Shown: piece after piece, positions 1-9,599 of the stretch
Layout of the letters: every line of letters begins with the position of its first letter
How positions within the stretch are numbered: the first letter of the stretch is position 1
Source of the DNA: an uncultured Clostridia bacterium
GTDB taxonomy: Bacteria; Bacillota; Clostridia; Oscillospirales; Acutalibacteraceae
Length of the DNA: 62,571 bases
Assembly (NCBI GenBank): GCA_937912045.1
Contig: CALDPI010000235.1
Coordinates: 1-62,571, forward strand
Direction: 5' to 3'
Notes under the pieces: generated by a model
Database searches by the model: none
Told to the model about the DNA's origin: nothing
The model's input: the letters and a program-made list of their open reading frames with translations, nothing else
Translations under genes and position numbers: made by a program

Positions 1-693
1 CTCGGTACTGCCCGAGTATGAAAACTGTTCGCCCGCCGCCTTGTTTACAAGGTTTTGCACGCTGCCGTATATAACCGAATGGCCGTTAGCGACCGCCTCA
101 TTAGCGATGGCAAGCGACAGATGGGTTTTGCCGAGACCCGTTTTTCCAAGCAGCAACAAATTTTGTCCGCTTTCTTTGAATCCAAGCGAAAACTCTCGGC
201 AGATTTTAAGCACCTGTGTCATACGCTTTCTGGGAGCTATTCCCCCGTCGGCCTTTTCGCTGTAATACTTAAGGTCGAAATTATCAAAGCGGCAGGAATC
301 AAGCGGCATTTCCTCGCACAGCTGCGTATACGCAAGCTTTTTTGCAATTTCGGTAACGCAGGGACAAATCTTGCCGTTTATGTAACCCGTATCACCGCAT
401 TTTTTACAGGTGTATTCGACCTGCGGCAAGGCGGTTGTGCCAAGAAGTTTTTCTTTTTCTTTTGAAAGCTCTTCGCTTTTGGACTTGAGCTCTGCAAGCG
501 CGGACGTATCGCCCGAAAGTGCAGCAATGGCAATCCTCGCTGCAAGCCTTTGCAGCTCCATTTCCACCTCTGAATAGCGCGGATTTGCCGACCTTATCTC
601 GTTTATGATTTTTTCGTGCTCTGTTTCAGCGTTGTAGCGCTGCTGTTTCTTTATTTCAAACGCGCGGGCATATGTATTCCCAAACAGTCCCAT
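1..693 (-). CDS. DnaC/DnaI-like AAA+ helicase-loader ATPase (C-terminus cut by window edge)
   Basis: The minus-strand ORF is open to position 1, so it is absent from the ORF track. ATG at 691-693 is preceded by an AAAGGGG SD. My own translation gives a Zn-ribbon-like CKKCGDTGY..CPC and a Walker A motif LLLGKTGLGKTHLSLAIANE. It lies directly downstream of the DnaD-like gene. Confidence 0.8.
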   Translation of the reverse strand, partial: MGLFGNTYARAFEIKKQQRYNAETEHEKIINEIRSANPRYSEVEMELQRLAARIAIAALSGDTSALAELKSKSEELSKEKEKLLGTTALPQVEYTCKKCGDTGYINGKICPCVTEIAKKLAYTQLCEEMPLDSCRFDNFDLKYYSEKADGGIAPRKRMTQVLKICREFSLGFKESGQNLLLLGKTGLGKTHLSLAIANEAVANGHSVIYGSVQNLVNKAAGEQFSYSGSTE

Positions 694-706
694 AACGTCA
701 CCCCTT

Positions 707-1630
707 TCAGTCTTCGTCTATTGCGCTCAACATACTGTCGAACAGAGAGGTATCATACGCGGCAATGGAATCCTTTCCCTTTTTGCCGTCTTCCTTTATA
801 TCCTCCACCTGTTTAACGCCGTCTTTATACCATTTTTCAAGAATTTTTGTGATATACGGAATGGAGAATTTTCCCGTGGCGTCGATACAACGGTTGTACG
901 CTTCGCGCAACAGCTCTGTGCTCATTTTACGCTCGCCCACGAAAAGCAGAGAAAACTCCTCTTCCTTTTTGCTGGGCTGGCGACGGTCAATACCAAACGC
1001 CTTTGAAACAATGCCCCAGCAGGAACGGCTTTTATATATTTCGTTTATTTTACTCTCGGCCGCGGCGATATCACACACGCCGTCGTCAAGCCAGGAAAGC
1101 GCCGTTTTTTCTATATAGCCTATGCTGCCCTTGTTGTCGCTGATTGCAAACTCGACAAGCATTAAAAGCACGGCAACGCTCATACCCTCGTCGTCGTGAA
1201 GCCAGACAAGCGTTGATGCCTCGCTCTGACGGAGGGCTCTGCCAAACTTCTGCTCAGCCTCGCGCAGTAAAAACGTTATTTCGGCGCTTTCATTGCCGCG
1301 ACGTGCTACCTCTTCCCTTGTGGGTTTAACACTCGCGGCGCGGACAGATTTTTTCTTTGGCTCCTCTGCCACCACGGGTGTGATAGGCGCCGATTCAGTA
1401 GCAAGTACACCGCACTCTGCCCAGAAAAGCAGCGCATCGAGCACGTCACTCTCCGAAACGGACAGTTTTTTCGCAATTAACTCTGCCGAGATTTCCTCCG
1501 ACATATTACGGAAAACGCAAAGAAGGACACGAAGCTGCAAGGCCCCTGCCATCTTAATATGCTTATCCACCACTGCGGCAGGCACTGGAAACGTGCTCCA
1601 CAAGGCATTTGGGTTTACGTGATAGTTCAT
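707..1630 (-). CDS. DnaD-domain replication/primosome protein
   Basis: Track ORF is 707..1642. GGAGAA sits 4 nt before the ATG at 1630, whereas 1642 is a TTG. Two DnaD-type repeats are visible (GYIEKTALSWLDDGV and PYITKILEKWYKDGVKQVEDI). The gene is paired with the loader ATPase. Confidence 0.72.
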   Translation of the reverse strand: MNYHVNPNALWSTFPVPAAVVDKHIKMAGALQLRVLLCVFRNMSEEISAELIAKKLSVSESDVLDALLFWAECGVLATESAPITPVVAEEPKKKSVRAASVKPTREEVARRGNESAEITFLLREAEQKFGRALRQSEASTLVWLHDDEGMSVAVLLMLVEFAISDNKGSIGYIEKTALSWLDDGVCDIAAAESKINEIYKSRSCWGIVSKAFGIDRRQPSKKEEEFSLLFVGERKMSTELLREAYNRCIDATGKFSIPYITKILEKWYKDGVKQVEDIKEDGKKGKDSIAAYDTSLFDSMLSAIDED

Positions 1631-1761
1631 AGCGTTCTCCAAAAAAATTAATTATGTTTATTATAACACCTTTTTATCATATTGTAAACCGACAAAAAAA
1701 CCTTTTATTTTATCCAAATATGAGTTATAATATACCTATCATACACTAAGGAGATTTTCAT

Positions 1762-2775
1762 ATGGCAGTTTTGGTAACCGGCGGTGCCGGATATATTGGA
1801 AGTCATACCCTTATTTCTATGTTCGAATCTGGTTATGACGTTGTGGTTATTGACAACCTTGACAACTCAAGCAAGGAAGCCATAAAGCGCGTTGAAGAAA
1901 TTACGGGGCGCGAAGTCAGGTTTTATGAAAACGACGTGCGCGACAAGGACGCTCTTAGGAAAATTTTCCGCGAAAATAATATCGAGGCGGTTATTCACTT
2001 TGCCGGTCTTAAGGCGGTTGGTGAATCCTGCAGCATTCCGATTAAATATTATGATAACAACCTTATAAGCACGCTCTATCTTTTGGAGGTTATGGAGGAG
2101 TTTTCGGTAAAGCGTCTTGTTTTCAGCTCCTCCGCCACCGTTTACGGCGTTGCAACCGAGATGCCTCTGCGCGAGGGTATGCCCCTTGGCGCGATTAATC
2201 CGTATGGCAGAACGAAGTATTTTATTGAAGAAATTCTGCGCGACCTTTATTCGTCCGACAACACCTGGTCGATTGCACTTCTCAGATATTTTAACCCGAT
2301 AGGCGCACACGAAAGCGGCAAAATCGGTGAGGACCCACGCGGAATTCCCAACAACCTTATGCCGTATATTTCACAGGTTGCGGTTGGCAGACTTGAAAGA
2401 CTCAACGTTTTCGGCAACGATTATGACACGCCCGACGGCACAGGCGTGCGCGACTATATTCACGTTGTGGATTTGGCAAACGGTCATGCTAAAGCGACCG
2501 ACTGGGTTCTGAATAACACAGGCTGTGAGCCGTTCAACCTCGGAACAGGTAACGGCTGCAGCGTTTTAGAGCTCAAAAACGCATTTGAGGAAGCCTCCGG
2601 CGTTACGGTGCCGTACGTTATTGCACCGCGCAGACCGGGAGACCCGGCATCTGTCTATGCCGACGCCAAAAAAGCCAAGGAGATTTTAGGCTGGGAGGCC
2701 AAAAAGACCATTAAAGAAATGTGTGAGGACACTTGGCGCTGGCAAAAAAACAATCCAAATGGTTATAAAGAGTAA
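1762..2775 (+). CDS. galE: UDP-glucose 4-epimerase
   Basis: Has the N-terminal Rossmann motif VLVTGGAGYIGSH and YGRTK (catalytic YxxxK). Length is 337 aa and the SD is AAGGAG. Confidence 0.93.
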   Translation: MAVLVTGGAGYIGSHTLISMFESGYDVVVIDNLDNSSKEAIKRVEEITGREVRFYENDVRDKDALRKIFRENNIEAVIHFAGLKAVGESCSIPIKYYDNNLISTLYLLEVMEEFSVKRLVFSSSATVYGVATEMPLREGMPLGAINPYGRTKYFIEEILRDLYSSDNTWSIALLRYFNPIGAHESGKIGEDPRGIPNNLMPYISQVAVGRLERLNVFGNDYDTPDGTGVRDYIHVVDLANGHAKATDWVLNNTGCEPFNLGTGNGCSVLELKNAFEEASGVTVPYVIAPRRPGDPASVYADAKKAKEILGWEAKKTIKEMCEDTWRWQKNNPNGYKE

Positions 2776-2782
2776 TCAAAAA

Positions 2783-2809
2783 GACGGTGCAATATGCACC
2801 GTCTTTTTT
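2783..2809 (+). terminator. Rho-independent terminator after galE
   Basis: gacggtgca-ata-tgcaccgtc forms a 9-bp stem followed by TTTTTT. Confidence 0.8.
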
Positions 2810-2815
2810 AAGCTC

Positions 2816-2844
2816 TTGACAAATTATATACTTCGTGTTACGAT
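2816..2844 (+). promoter_or_regulatory. Sigma-A type promoter of the PadR operon
   Basis: TTGACA (2816-2821), 17-nt spacer, TACGAT (2839-2844). A GGGAGG SD and the ATG at 2869 follow. Confidence 0.6.
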
Positions 2845-2868
2845 GTATTACGTGATGGGAGGTATCAT

Positions 2869-3189
2869 ATGGATATTCAATTAAAACGTGGTCTTTTAGA
2901 CGTGTGCGTATTGGCAGCGATTAAAGACGAAGAATCCTATGGATATAAAATAATTAAAGATATGAAGCCGTATATGGAAATGTCGGAATCCACGCTTTAT
3001 ACCATTTTAAAACGCTTGGAAACGGCAAATATGCTGACCGTTCGAACAGCAGAGCACGACGGCAGACTCAGAAAATATTACCACATTACCAAAAGCGGCC
3101 TAAAACGTATTGAGGATTTTAAAAACGACTGGCAGGAGATTTTGTCAATATATAAATTTGTTACCGAGGGGGATGAAAAGCATGACTAA
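2869..3189 (+). CDS. PadR family transcriptional regulator
   Basis: 106 aa. The winged-helix pattern LDVCVLAAIKDEESYGYKI...STLYTILKRLE is typical of PadR. Confidence 0.9.
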   Translation: MDIQLKRGLLDVCVLAAIKDEESYGYKIIKDMKPYMEMSESTLYTILKRLETANMLTVRTAEHDGRLRKYYHITKSGLKRIEDFKNDWQEILSIYKFVTEGDEKHD

Positions 3190-3766
3190 AGCAGAATTTC
3201 TGGCACGCCTGCAAAAAGGGGTTTCTTGTTTGCCGCAGGCCGATGCTGAAGAACGACTCAGCTTTTACAGCGAAATGATTGATGACCGCATAGAAGACGG
3301 ATTATCGGAAGAGGACGCTGTTGCGGAAATCGGAAATGTGGATGAAATCATTGCACAAATAATAGCCGATGCTCCGCTTTCAAAGCTTGTGATGGAAAAA
3401 ATCAAACCGAAAAGGCACCTTTCCGCTTGGGAAATAGTCCTTTTGGTGCTTGGCAGTCCTTTGTGGCTTTCACTGCTCATTGCCGCGATTTCGGTGATAT
3501 TCTCGGTTTTTGTTGTGCTTTGGTCGCTCATAATCTCTCTTTGGGCAGTTTTCGTTTCCCTTTTGGCCTCTGCCCTCGGTGCTTTTGGGGGCGCTTTGAT
3601 TGTTGCAATAAAAGCCAACGCTTTAACAGGGGTGGCTATGCTCGGAGCGGGCCTTGTTTGTGTGGGACTTTCCATCTTCTTTTTCTTTCTATGCAAGGCT
3701 GCAACACGCGGTGCTTTTTGGCTTACTAAAAAGACAGTCGCTTGGATTAAAAGGGGGATAAAATAA
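3182..3766 (+). CDS. DUF1700-like membrane protein (PadR-associated)
   Basis: ATG at 3182 overlaps the PadR stop (ATGACTAA). The N-terminus MTKAEFLARLQKGVSCLP..ERLSFYSEMIDDRIEDG is DUF1700-like. The C-terminal half is hydrophobic. Confidence 0.8.
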   Translation: MTKAEFLARLQKGVSCLPQADAEERLSFYSEMIDDRIEDGLSEEDAVAEIGNVDEIIAQIIADAPLSKLVMEKIKPKRHLSAWEIVLLVLGSPLWLSLLIAAISVIFSVFVVLWSLIISLWAVFVSLLASALGAFGGALIVAIKANALTGVAMLGAGLVCVGLSIFFFFLCKAATRGAFWLTKKTVAWIKRGIK

Positions 3767-4674
3767 TGACAAAAGGTGCAAAAATATGGCTTATTATAGG
3801 CGTTTCCCTTTTCATAGTCGGTGCTTTACTTTTTGCCGCCGTAATGGTTGTGAACGATTGGGATTTTACAAAACTTTCAACCGTTAAATATAACACCGCA
3901 ACACACAACATAACCGAATCGTTTAGCGAAATAAGCATAAAAACCGATACGGCTGATATTGAGTTTTTTGAAAGCACAGACGGTGAATGCAGTGTGGTTT
4001 GCTATGAGGCGGAAAACGAAAAACACGCCGTTTATGTAGAGGACGGCGGTATGCTTAACATAGCACTAAAAAGCAACAAAAAGTGGTATGACAATATCGG
4101 AATAAGCTTTGGAACACCTAAAATCAAAGTGTATCTGCCAAAAGGAGAATATATTACCCTCAATATTGCGGCGGATACAAGCGATATAAAGATACCCGAA
4201 CACTTTACCTTCGTTAAGGTTGATATTTCGGTTAGCACGGGTGATGTTGAATATTATGCTGCTGCCGCGCGTGATATTTGGATTTCAACAAGCACAGGCG
4301 ATATTACTTTAGAAAACATTAAATCCGACACACTTGAACTCAGAGTCACCACAGGCGATACGTATCTTTCAAACGTTCGCTGTCGATATATCCAATCGCT
4401 CGGAGATACAGGTGATATCACACTAAAAAATACTGTAGCCGAGGAACAACTTTTCATAAGGCGCAGTACGGGAGACGTGCGGCTTGAGGATACTGACTCG
4501 GCAACAATTTATATAAAAACCGACACAGGTGACATTATCGGCACGGTGCTTGAAGGCAAGAACTTTGATGCAACCAGCGACACAGGCAAAGTGCGTGTCC
4601 CAGAGGGCACAAACTTCGGCAACTGTGAAATCACCACGAATACCGGTGACATTTTAATTGATATTGCAAAATAA
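3766..4674 (+). CDS. DUF4097-like putative adhesin / beta-helix protein with N-terminal TM
   Basis: Start overlaps the upstream stop (TAATG). There are 8 degenerate repeats of (S/T/D)TGD(I/V)xxxx, consistent with a parallel beta-helix. Confidence 0.8.
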   Translation: MTKGAKIWLIIGVSLFIVGALLFAAVMVVNDWDFTKLSTVKYNTATHNITESFSEISIKTDTADIEFFESTDGECSVVCYEAENEKHAVYVEDGGMLNIALKSNKKWYDNIGISFGTPKIKVYLPKGEYITLNIAADTSDIKIPEHFTFVKVDISVSTGDVEYYAAAARDIWISTSTGDITLENIKSDTLELRVTTGDTYLSNVRCRYIQSLGDTGDITLKNTVAEEQLFIRRSTGDVRLEDTDSATIYIKTDTGDIIGTVLEGKNFDATSDTGKVRVPEGTNFGNCEITTNTGDILIDIAK

Positions 4675-4676
4675 AA

Positions 4677-4701
4677 AAGCACCCTTTAGGGTGCTTTTTT
4701 A
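4677..4701. terminator. Bidirectional terminator between convergent genes
   Basis: aaaaaagcaccc-ttta-gggtgctttttt, with A and T tracts on both sides. Confidence 0.75.
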
Positions 4702-5457
4702 ATGCGAATGTAGAAGCACGTCGCTTGCAAGCATAACGCAGAAGCCGACAAGCAGAGCATAGGTTGCGCCACGCTCGTTTCCGTGGGCGTGTGTTTCGGG
4801 AATCATTTCGTCGCTTATGACGTAGAGCATTGTGCCACCCGCAAAGCTCAAAGCAAAGGGCAAAATCGCGTTTGAAACGCTGACGGCAAAATAACCGATG
4901 AAGGTGCCCAAAACCTCAATCACGCCCGTTAAAGCGGCGGCAATAAAGGTTTTTTTCGGGGATACTCCGACCGCGAGCATCGGTCCTATGATAACCATAC
5001 CCTCGGGTATATTCTGCAGCGCGATACCGCCCGCTATAAGCAAGGCCTGCGCGCTGTCGCCAGAGCCGAAGCCGACACCTGCGGCAATTCCCTCAGGCAG
5101 ATTATGGATTGCAATGGCTATGAGGAAAAGCAACACGCGAGAGATTTCGGTTTTGTTGTGACTTTCTATATCGTCACCCACCATTTTGTGAAGGTGGGGC
5201 ACGATTCTATCTATAAAATTAAGGCAGAGTGCGCCCGCAAATATGCCGAGCACCGCCCACGCGAGTCCCCATTTGCCGCCCGATTCTACCGACGGCAAAA
5301 TAAGGCCCAGCACCGCGGCGGCAAGCATTACGCCTGCGGCAAAGGACAGCACGATGTCCGAAAATTTATGTGATATCTTCTTAAACGCAAAGCCTATAAG
5401 CGAACCGAAAACCGTTGCGCCGCCAACGCCAAGCGCAGTTAATAATACCAGTTCCAT
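4699..5457 (-). CDS. zupT: ZIP family divalent metal transporter
   Basis: 252 aa and polytopic. Shows the conserved HNLPEG and QNIPEG motifs of ZupT-type ZIP proteins. Confidence 0.85.
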   Translation of the reverse strand: MELVLLTALGVGGATVFGSLIGFAFKKISHKFSDIVLSFAAGVMLAAAVLGLILPSVESGGKWGLAWAVLGIFAGALCLNFIDRIVPHLHKMVGDDIESHNKTEISRVLLFLIAIAIHNLPEGIAAGVGFGSGDSAQALLIAGGIALQNIPEGMVIIGPMLAVGVSPKKTFIAAALTGVIEVLGTFIGYFAVSVSNAILPFALSFAGGTMLYVISDEMIPETHAHGNERGATYALLVGFCVMLASDVLLHSH

Positions 5458-5460
5458 AGT

Positions 5461-6261
5461 TTACGGACGCAGGCCCATTCCGCCCTCGAGCGTCAGGGTT
5501 TCACCATTCATATATTTAAAATCGGGCGATGCAAGCTGCACACATACGCGGCCGATTTCCAGCTCGGCGTCGCCATAGTGGCCTGCAGGCGGCATTTTAA
5601 CGTTGGCCTTGAATGCGTCGGGGTATGCCTTTTCAAATTGTTCAAGTTGTGCGGTCCAGGCAAGCGGACACACAACGTTTGTGTTGATTCCGTCCTTTGC
5701 CCACTCGGTTGCGGCGACGCGTGAGAGTCCGCGTATGCCCTCCTTTGCGGCTGCATATGAGCACTGACCGTAGTTGCCGAAAAGTCCTGCGCCCGATGCA
5801 AAGTTTACAATGCTGCCCTTGGTTTCTTTAAGATAGGGGTAGCAGGCTTTCATATAATAAAAAGCGGCATAAAGGCCCGAATACATTGCAAGGTCAAACT
5901 GCTCTGTTGTGTGGTCCTGAATCGGCACACCCGAAGCGGATGCCTGTGCGTTGTTGATGAGCACGTCGATTCTGCCAAACTCGGCTATTGCCTTTTCGAC
6001 AACGCCCTTTGCGGTTGCCTCGTTATCGGCGCCTGCGTTTATATCTGCGGCAAGGGCCAAAACCTTTATTCCGTAAAGCTTTTCAAGCTCTTCCTTGGCT
6101 TTTTCAAGCTTTTTTACGTTTCGACCTGTTATTACAAGGTTGGCACCCTCCTTTGCGTAGGCGGTGGCAATTCCGTATCCGATAGAGCCGCATCTGCCGT
6201 CCTCGAGGGCTGCATAGCCTGCACCCGTTATTATTGCTGTTTTTCCTTTAAGAAAGCTCAT
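5461..6261 (-). CDS. SDR family oxidoreductase
   Basis: Contains TAIITGAG...GIG (glycine-rich with an insert), NNAQ, and YAAAK (YxxxK). Confidence 0.85.
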   Translation of the reverse strand: MSFLKGKTAIITGAGYAALEDGRCGSIGYGIATAYAKEGANLVITGRNVKKLEKAKEELEKLYGIKVLALAADINAGADNEATAKGVVEKAIAEFGRIDVLINNAQASASGVPIQDHTTEQFDLAMYSGLYAAFYYMKACYPYLKETKGSIVNFASGAGLFGNYGQCSYAAAKEGIRGLSRVAATEWAKDGINTNVVCPLAWTAQLEQFEKAYPDAFKANVKMPPAGHYGDAELEIGRVCVQLASPDFKYMNGETLTLEGGMGLRP

Positions 6262-6295
6262 TACTTTTACCTCTTTCAGTTTTTAAGTGTGTTTT

Positions 6296-6324
6296 ATTTT
6301 AGCATATACACATTTATATGTCAA
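6296..6324 (-). promoter_or_regulatory. Sigma-A type promoter of the SDR-ZIP pair
   Basis: On the minus strand: TTGACA (6324-6319), 17-nt spacer, TAAAAT (6301-6296). Confidence 0.6.
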
Positions 6325-6325
6325 C

Positions 6326-6354
6326 AAAAGCCACGCAATATAGCGCGGCTTTTA
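6326..6354 (-). terminator. Terminator after the Gfo/Idh/MocA gene
   Basis: Minus strand reads agccgcgc-tatatt-gcgtggct (one mismatch) followed by TTTTGTT. Confidence 0.55.
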
Positions 6355-6356
6355 TC

Positions 6357-7634
6357 CTACATATTTTCTAATTCCTTTGCCTTGTTTGCCTCTGATTCGG
6401 CCAAAAGACAGAGGAAGTTTTTCTTCTGTTCCTTGCTCGGAGCATAGTCGGGGTGGCTACAGCAGGGCAGACTCGGTGGTGTGCCGTCCGAACTCCAGAA
6501 TGGTGAAAGTGTGTCGTTTTCCCATTTCTTTCGGTCCTCTTCCAGCCTGAAATCAGGAATGTCTTGGGGCATTCCGCCCTCTAACACGCTTCGGTGTGCC
6601 AAAATGCCGACCGACGACATTCGTGTTGCAAAATAAACGTCAAAGTCGGGCTTTTTTTGCTCCCTTATACACTCAAAAAAGGTGCGTATGGCGACAAAAT
6701 CACCGCCACCGTGACCCGATTTTTCAATCTGCTCTTTGTCCTTATCATTAATTTCGGGGGTATAGTAATTGACACATTCCTTATCCTCGGGCTTGTTCCA
6801 AGAATTATAGCGGAGCATAATTTTGCCATCACCGCCGCGGACGTTTTCAACCTGTCCGTATTCTCCGCAGACGCGGTATGAGTTATCACTTGCGCCGAAT
6901 GAGGAACTGGCAACAAACTTAAATACCGAATCGTCATCGTTGAGGGTTGTGATGATTGCTGCCTTGTCACCGCAATTTGACGCTCTTTTGCAGTCACGCG
7001 GTGTGGGTGAGAAAATGGCTGTCGCCGTTACGCGAATCGGGTTTGCCCCTGTCGAATACATAATCGGCGCCAGGGAATGTGTGACATAATATGTACGAGG
7101 AAGAAAGAGCCGCCAGTGCTTTTCACCATCGTAAAGGTCGTCCACTCCCCCGTCGTAATACGGGTCAGCGGCGTGGTTATATTCGCCCTCTGCATAGAGA
7201 AGTTTTCCCAGCGTTCCGCCGTCACACACACGCTTGATTTCGCGCGTCACCGTCATAAACGGATAATTTTCCAAAAGCATATAAATTGCCTTGCTTTTTT
7301 CTGCCGCGCGCACAAGCCGCACGCCATCTGCCATTGTGGCATTACTGATACACTCGCTTAAGACGTGTATGTTTCTCTCAAGACAACGAATTGCATACTC
7401 TGCGTGCTCGTGAAAGTAATTGGCAATCAGCACAGCGTCCATCGGATGCTTTATAAACTCGTCAAAATCGCTGTAAACCTCGGCTTTTGAACAATATTTT
7501 TCCAGGGTGCTTTTTATGCGTTTTGGATTTTTATCGCAAAACGCAACAACCTCTCCGCCGCAAGCCTTTATTATGTCGTGGAAGGCATAACCGCCGCGAG
7601 TAGCACCGAAAATTCCAATACGGATTTTTTTCAT
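6357..7634 (-). CDS. Gfo/Idh/MocA family oxidoreductase
   Basis: N-terminal Rossmann motif KIRIGIFGATRGG. 425 aa with the typical two-domain length. Confidence 0.85.
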   Translation of the reverse strand: MKKIRIGIFGATRGGYAFHDIIKACGGEVVAFCDKNPKRIKSTLEKYCSKAEVYSDFDEFIKHPMDAVLIANYFHEHAEYAIRCLERNIHVLSECISNATMADGVRLVRAAEKSKAIYMLLENYPFMTVTREIKRVCDGGTLGKLLYAEGEYNHAADPYYDGGVDDLYDGEKHWRLFLPRTYYVTHSLAPIMYSTGANPIRVTATAIFSPTPRDCKRASNCGDKAAIITTLNDDDSVFKFVASSSFGASDNSYRVCGEYGQVENVRGGDGKIMLRYNSWNKPEDKECVNYYTPEINDKDKEQIEKSGHGGGDFVAIRTFFECIREQKKPDFDVYFATRMSSVGILAHRSVLEGGMPQDIPDFRLEEDRKKWENDTLSPFWSSDGTPPSLPCCSHPDYAPSKEQKKNFLCLLAESEANKAKELENM

Positions 7635-7731
7635 ATCATCACCGCCGGACTGTTTTATGGGCTTATTGTATCACCATTTTAGGATATAATAAATAGAAAA
7701 AAGCCATATGTTTATTTGTTTTTTCCGCTTT

Positions 7732-8538
7732 TTACAAGTTTTTTGCCCACGCTGCCGCCTGTGAAACCCACTTGGCAATCTCCGGATTATTCCATTTTTT
7801 GTTGCCGCATTCGGTAATTTCGTTGCCGAGTGCAACACCGTGCGGTGCGTCGGGATAGATATGCAGTTCAAACTGTTTTTCCGCATTTCTGAGTGCCGTG
7901 GCAAGCAGGAGCGAATTTTTGACGTTCACCAGCTCGTCGTTTGAGGTGTGCATCATAAATATGGGTGCCGTATTTTCGTCAACCGCTAAATCAACGCTTG
8001 CATATTTTAGTTGTTCTTCTGTCGGGTTGTCCGTACACAAAAGGTTTTTGAAACTACCGATATGTGCTGCAGACTCTATGCCGTTTACAACGGGATAACA
8101 GAGTATTGCGCCTGTGGGTTTGTTGTAGCCGTACGGCATCGGTGCCTCGGCGTACACTTCTTTTCTGTGCCACATTGTTGCAATGCTGCCTGCAAGGTGT
8201 CCGCCTGCAGAAAAGCCGACCACAAAAACTTTATCCTTATCTATGCCGTATCTGTCGGCGTTGTCCTTTATGTGCTTAATCGCCAAGGACACCTCAACCA
8301 GCTGTGCAGGGTACGGGCGCCTTCTTGCAACCGAATAATTAAGCACAAAGGCATTAAAGCCATATGGCATAAAGGCCTCTGCAATCGGCTCACCCTCACG
8401 CTCAGCAATACCGCCGTATCCGCCACCGGGAAGCACGAGCATTGCGCTGCGTGTAAAGCCGTCCATAGCGTTTGCAACATAGGCATCTAAATATACCTTT
8501 TCATCGTTATCTCTTAAATAAATTCTCTCTGTCAGCAT
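7732..8538 (-). CDS. Alpha/beta hydrolase (esterase, HGGG/GxSxG type)
   Basis: Contains VLPGGGYG and the nucleophile elbow GFSAGGHLA. A His lies near the C-terminus (DAPHG). Confidence 0.85.
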   Translation of the reverse strand: MLTERIYLRDNDEKVYLDAYVANAMDGFTRSAMLVLPGGGYGGIAEREGEPIAEAFMPYGFNAFVLNYSVARRRPYPAQLVEVSLAIKHIKDNADRYGIDKDKVFVVGFSAGGHLAGSIATMWHRKEVYAEAPMPYGYNKPTGAILCYPVVNGIESAAHIGSFKNLLCTDNPTEEQLKYASVDLAVDENTAPIFMMHTSNDELVNVKNSLLLATALRNAEKQFELHIYPDAPHGVALGNEITECGNKKWNNPEIAKWVSQAAAWAKNL

Positions 8539-9599
8539 AATATTTCTCCCAACAGGCTACCAACTGTTTTTGCCATGCTCAAAAATCCGCTATCGTTCGG
8601 GTGGGCGCTATCCACAAGGGCGGTTTCCCAGGTATCTTCTGATAATAAATCGGGGCCCGCTATGAAATAGACGTTTTGGTCGCCTGCCGCTTTTGCATTT
8701 TCATAGGTTTTGCGGATTACTTCCATTCTTTGCTTTTCAAGCGGTGTCAAGTGCGCCTTGGGGCGCGATAGCATTATAATCGGCAGGGTGGGCTGCGCCT
8801 TCCTTATAGTCTTAAACATTTTTTCGTGGGTGTCTGCAAGATGCTCAATATTCGGCGCGTTATAGTCATAATCATACACAAAAGCCGACATGGAAAGCCC
8901 TGCTATATACTCTGCCATTTCCTGTTCGCCCTTGGCATTGCCCGAAAAGCCTAAATTCAGAATTTCGGTATCAAGCACGCGCGAAATGATGGTGGGATAC
9001 GTGTTTCCCGGGCGCGATGCCGCTATACCGTGGGTTATTGAGCTGCCGTAAAAAACAACGGGCTTTTCGTTTTTATATGCTCTTGGTTCCTTTACATAGC
9101 AGTCTGCATCTATGCCGATATAAACCTTCGTCACGGGTGAATAAATAGGAAAATTTATGGTAACGAGTCTTTCCTTTTTATTCTTAAGTGGGAAATCCAA
9201 TACGCTTTCATAACCCTCGTCAATTACCGAGGGTGGCATAAACGTGCCTACACACCTTTGGCCCTCGCCCTCGTCTGCGTACATATCAAAGCCTGCAACA
9301 CAGGCAAACGTAATATTAGCCCATGCAGACGCTTCCGATGCGGCTTCCTTCACAGAGATTGCAACGTAAGGGCTATCCGTAACAAAACGAATGCGCCCAC
9401 CTGTTGCACTGGCATTAAGTACCGACACACCATCATTAACCGTGTCGGCAACTGCTTGCGGCATACGGCGGAACTTGCCGTCCTCCTTTTTGATGCCGTG
9501 AATAGAAAATGGTGCTTCCTCCGCATCGTAAAACTTAATATTTTCGCGGTCAATCTTTGTTTTAAAATCCAGATTTTTATCAATATTTTTAATATTCAT
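8532..9599 (-). CDS. SGNH/GDSL esterase with N-terminal GxDLY-type beta-sandwich
   Basis: GFDMY matches the GxDLY motif. Block I is FYGSSITHG. DSAHPND lies near the C-terminus. The stop overlaps the next start (ATGCTGA). Confidence 0.82.
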   Translation of the reverse strand: MNIKNIDKNLDFKTKIDRENIKFYDAEEAPFSIHGIKKEDGKFRRMPQAVADTVNDGVSVLNASATGGRIRFVTDSPYVAISVKEAASEASAWANITFACVAGFDMYADEGEGQRCVGTFMPPSVIDEGYESVLDFPLKNKKERLVTINFPIYSPVTKVYIGIDADCYVKEPRAYKNEKPVVFYGSSITHGIAASRPGNTYPTIISRVLDTEILNLGFSGNAKGEQEMAEYIAGLSMSAFVYDYDYNAPNIEHLADTHEKMFKTIRKAQPTLPIIMLSRPKAHLTPLEKQRMEVIRKTYENAKAAGDQNVYFIAGPDLLSEDTWETALVDSAHPNDSGFLSMAKTVGSLLGEILC

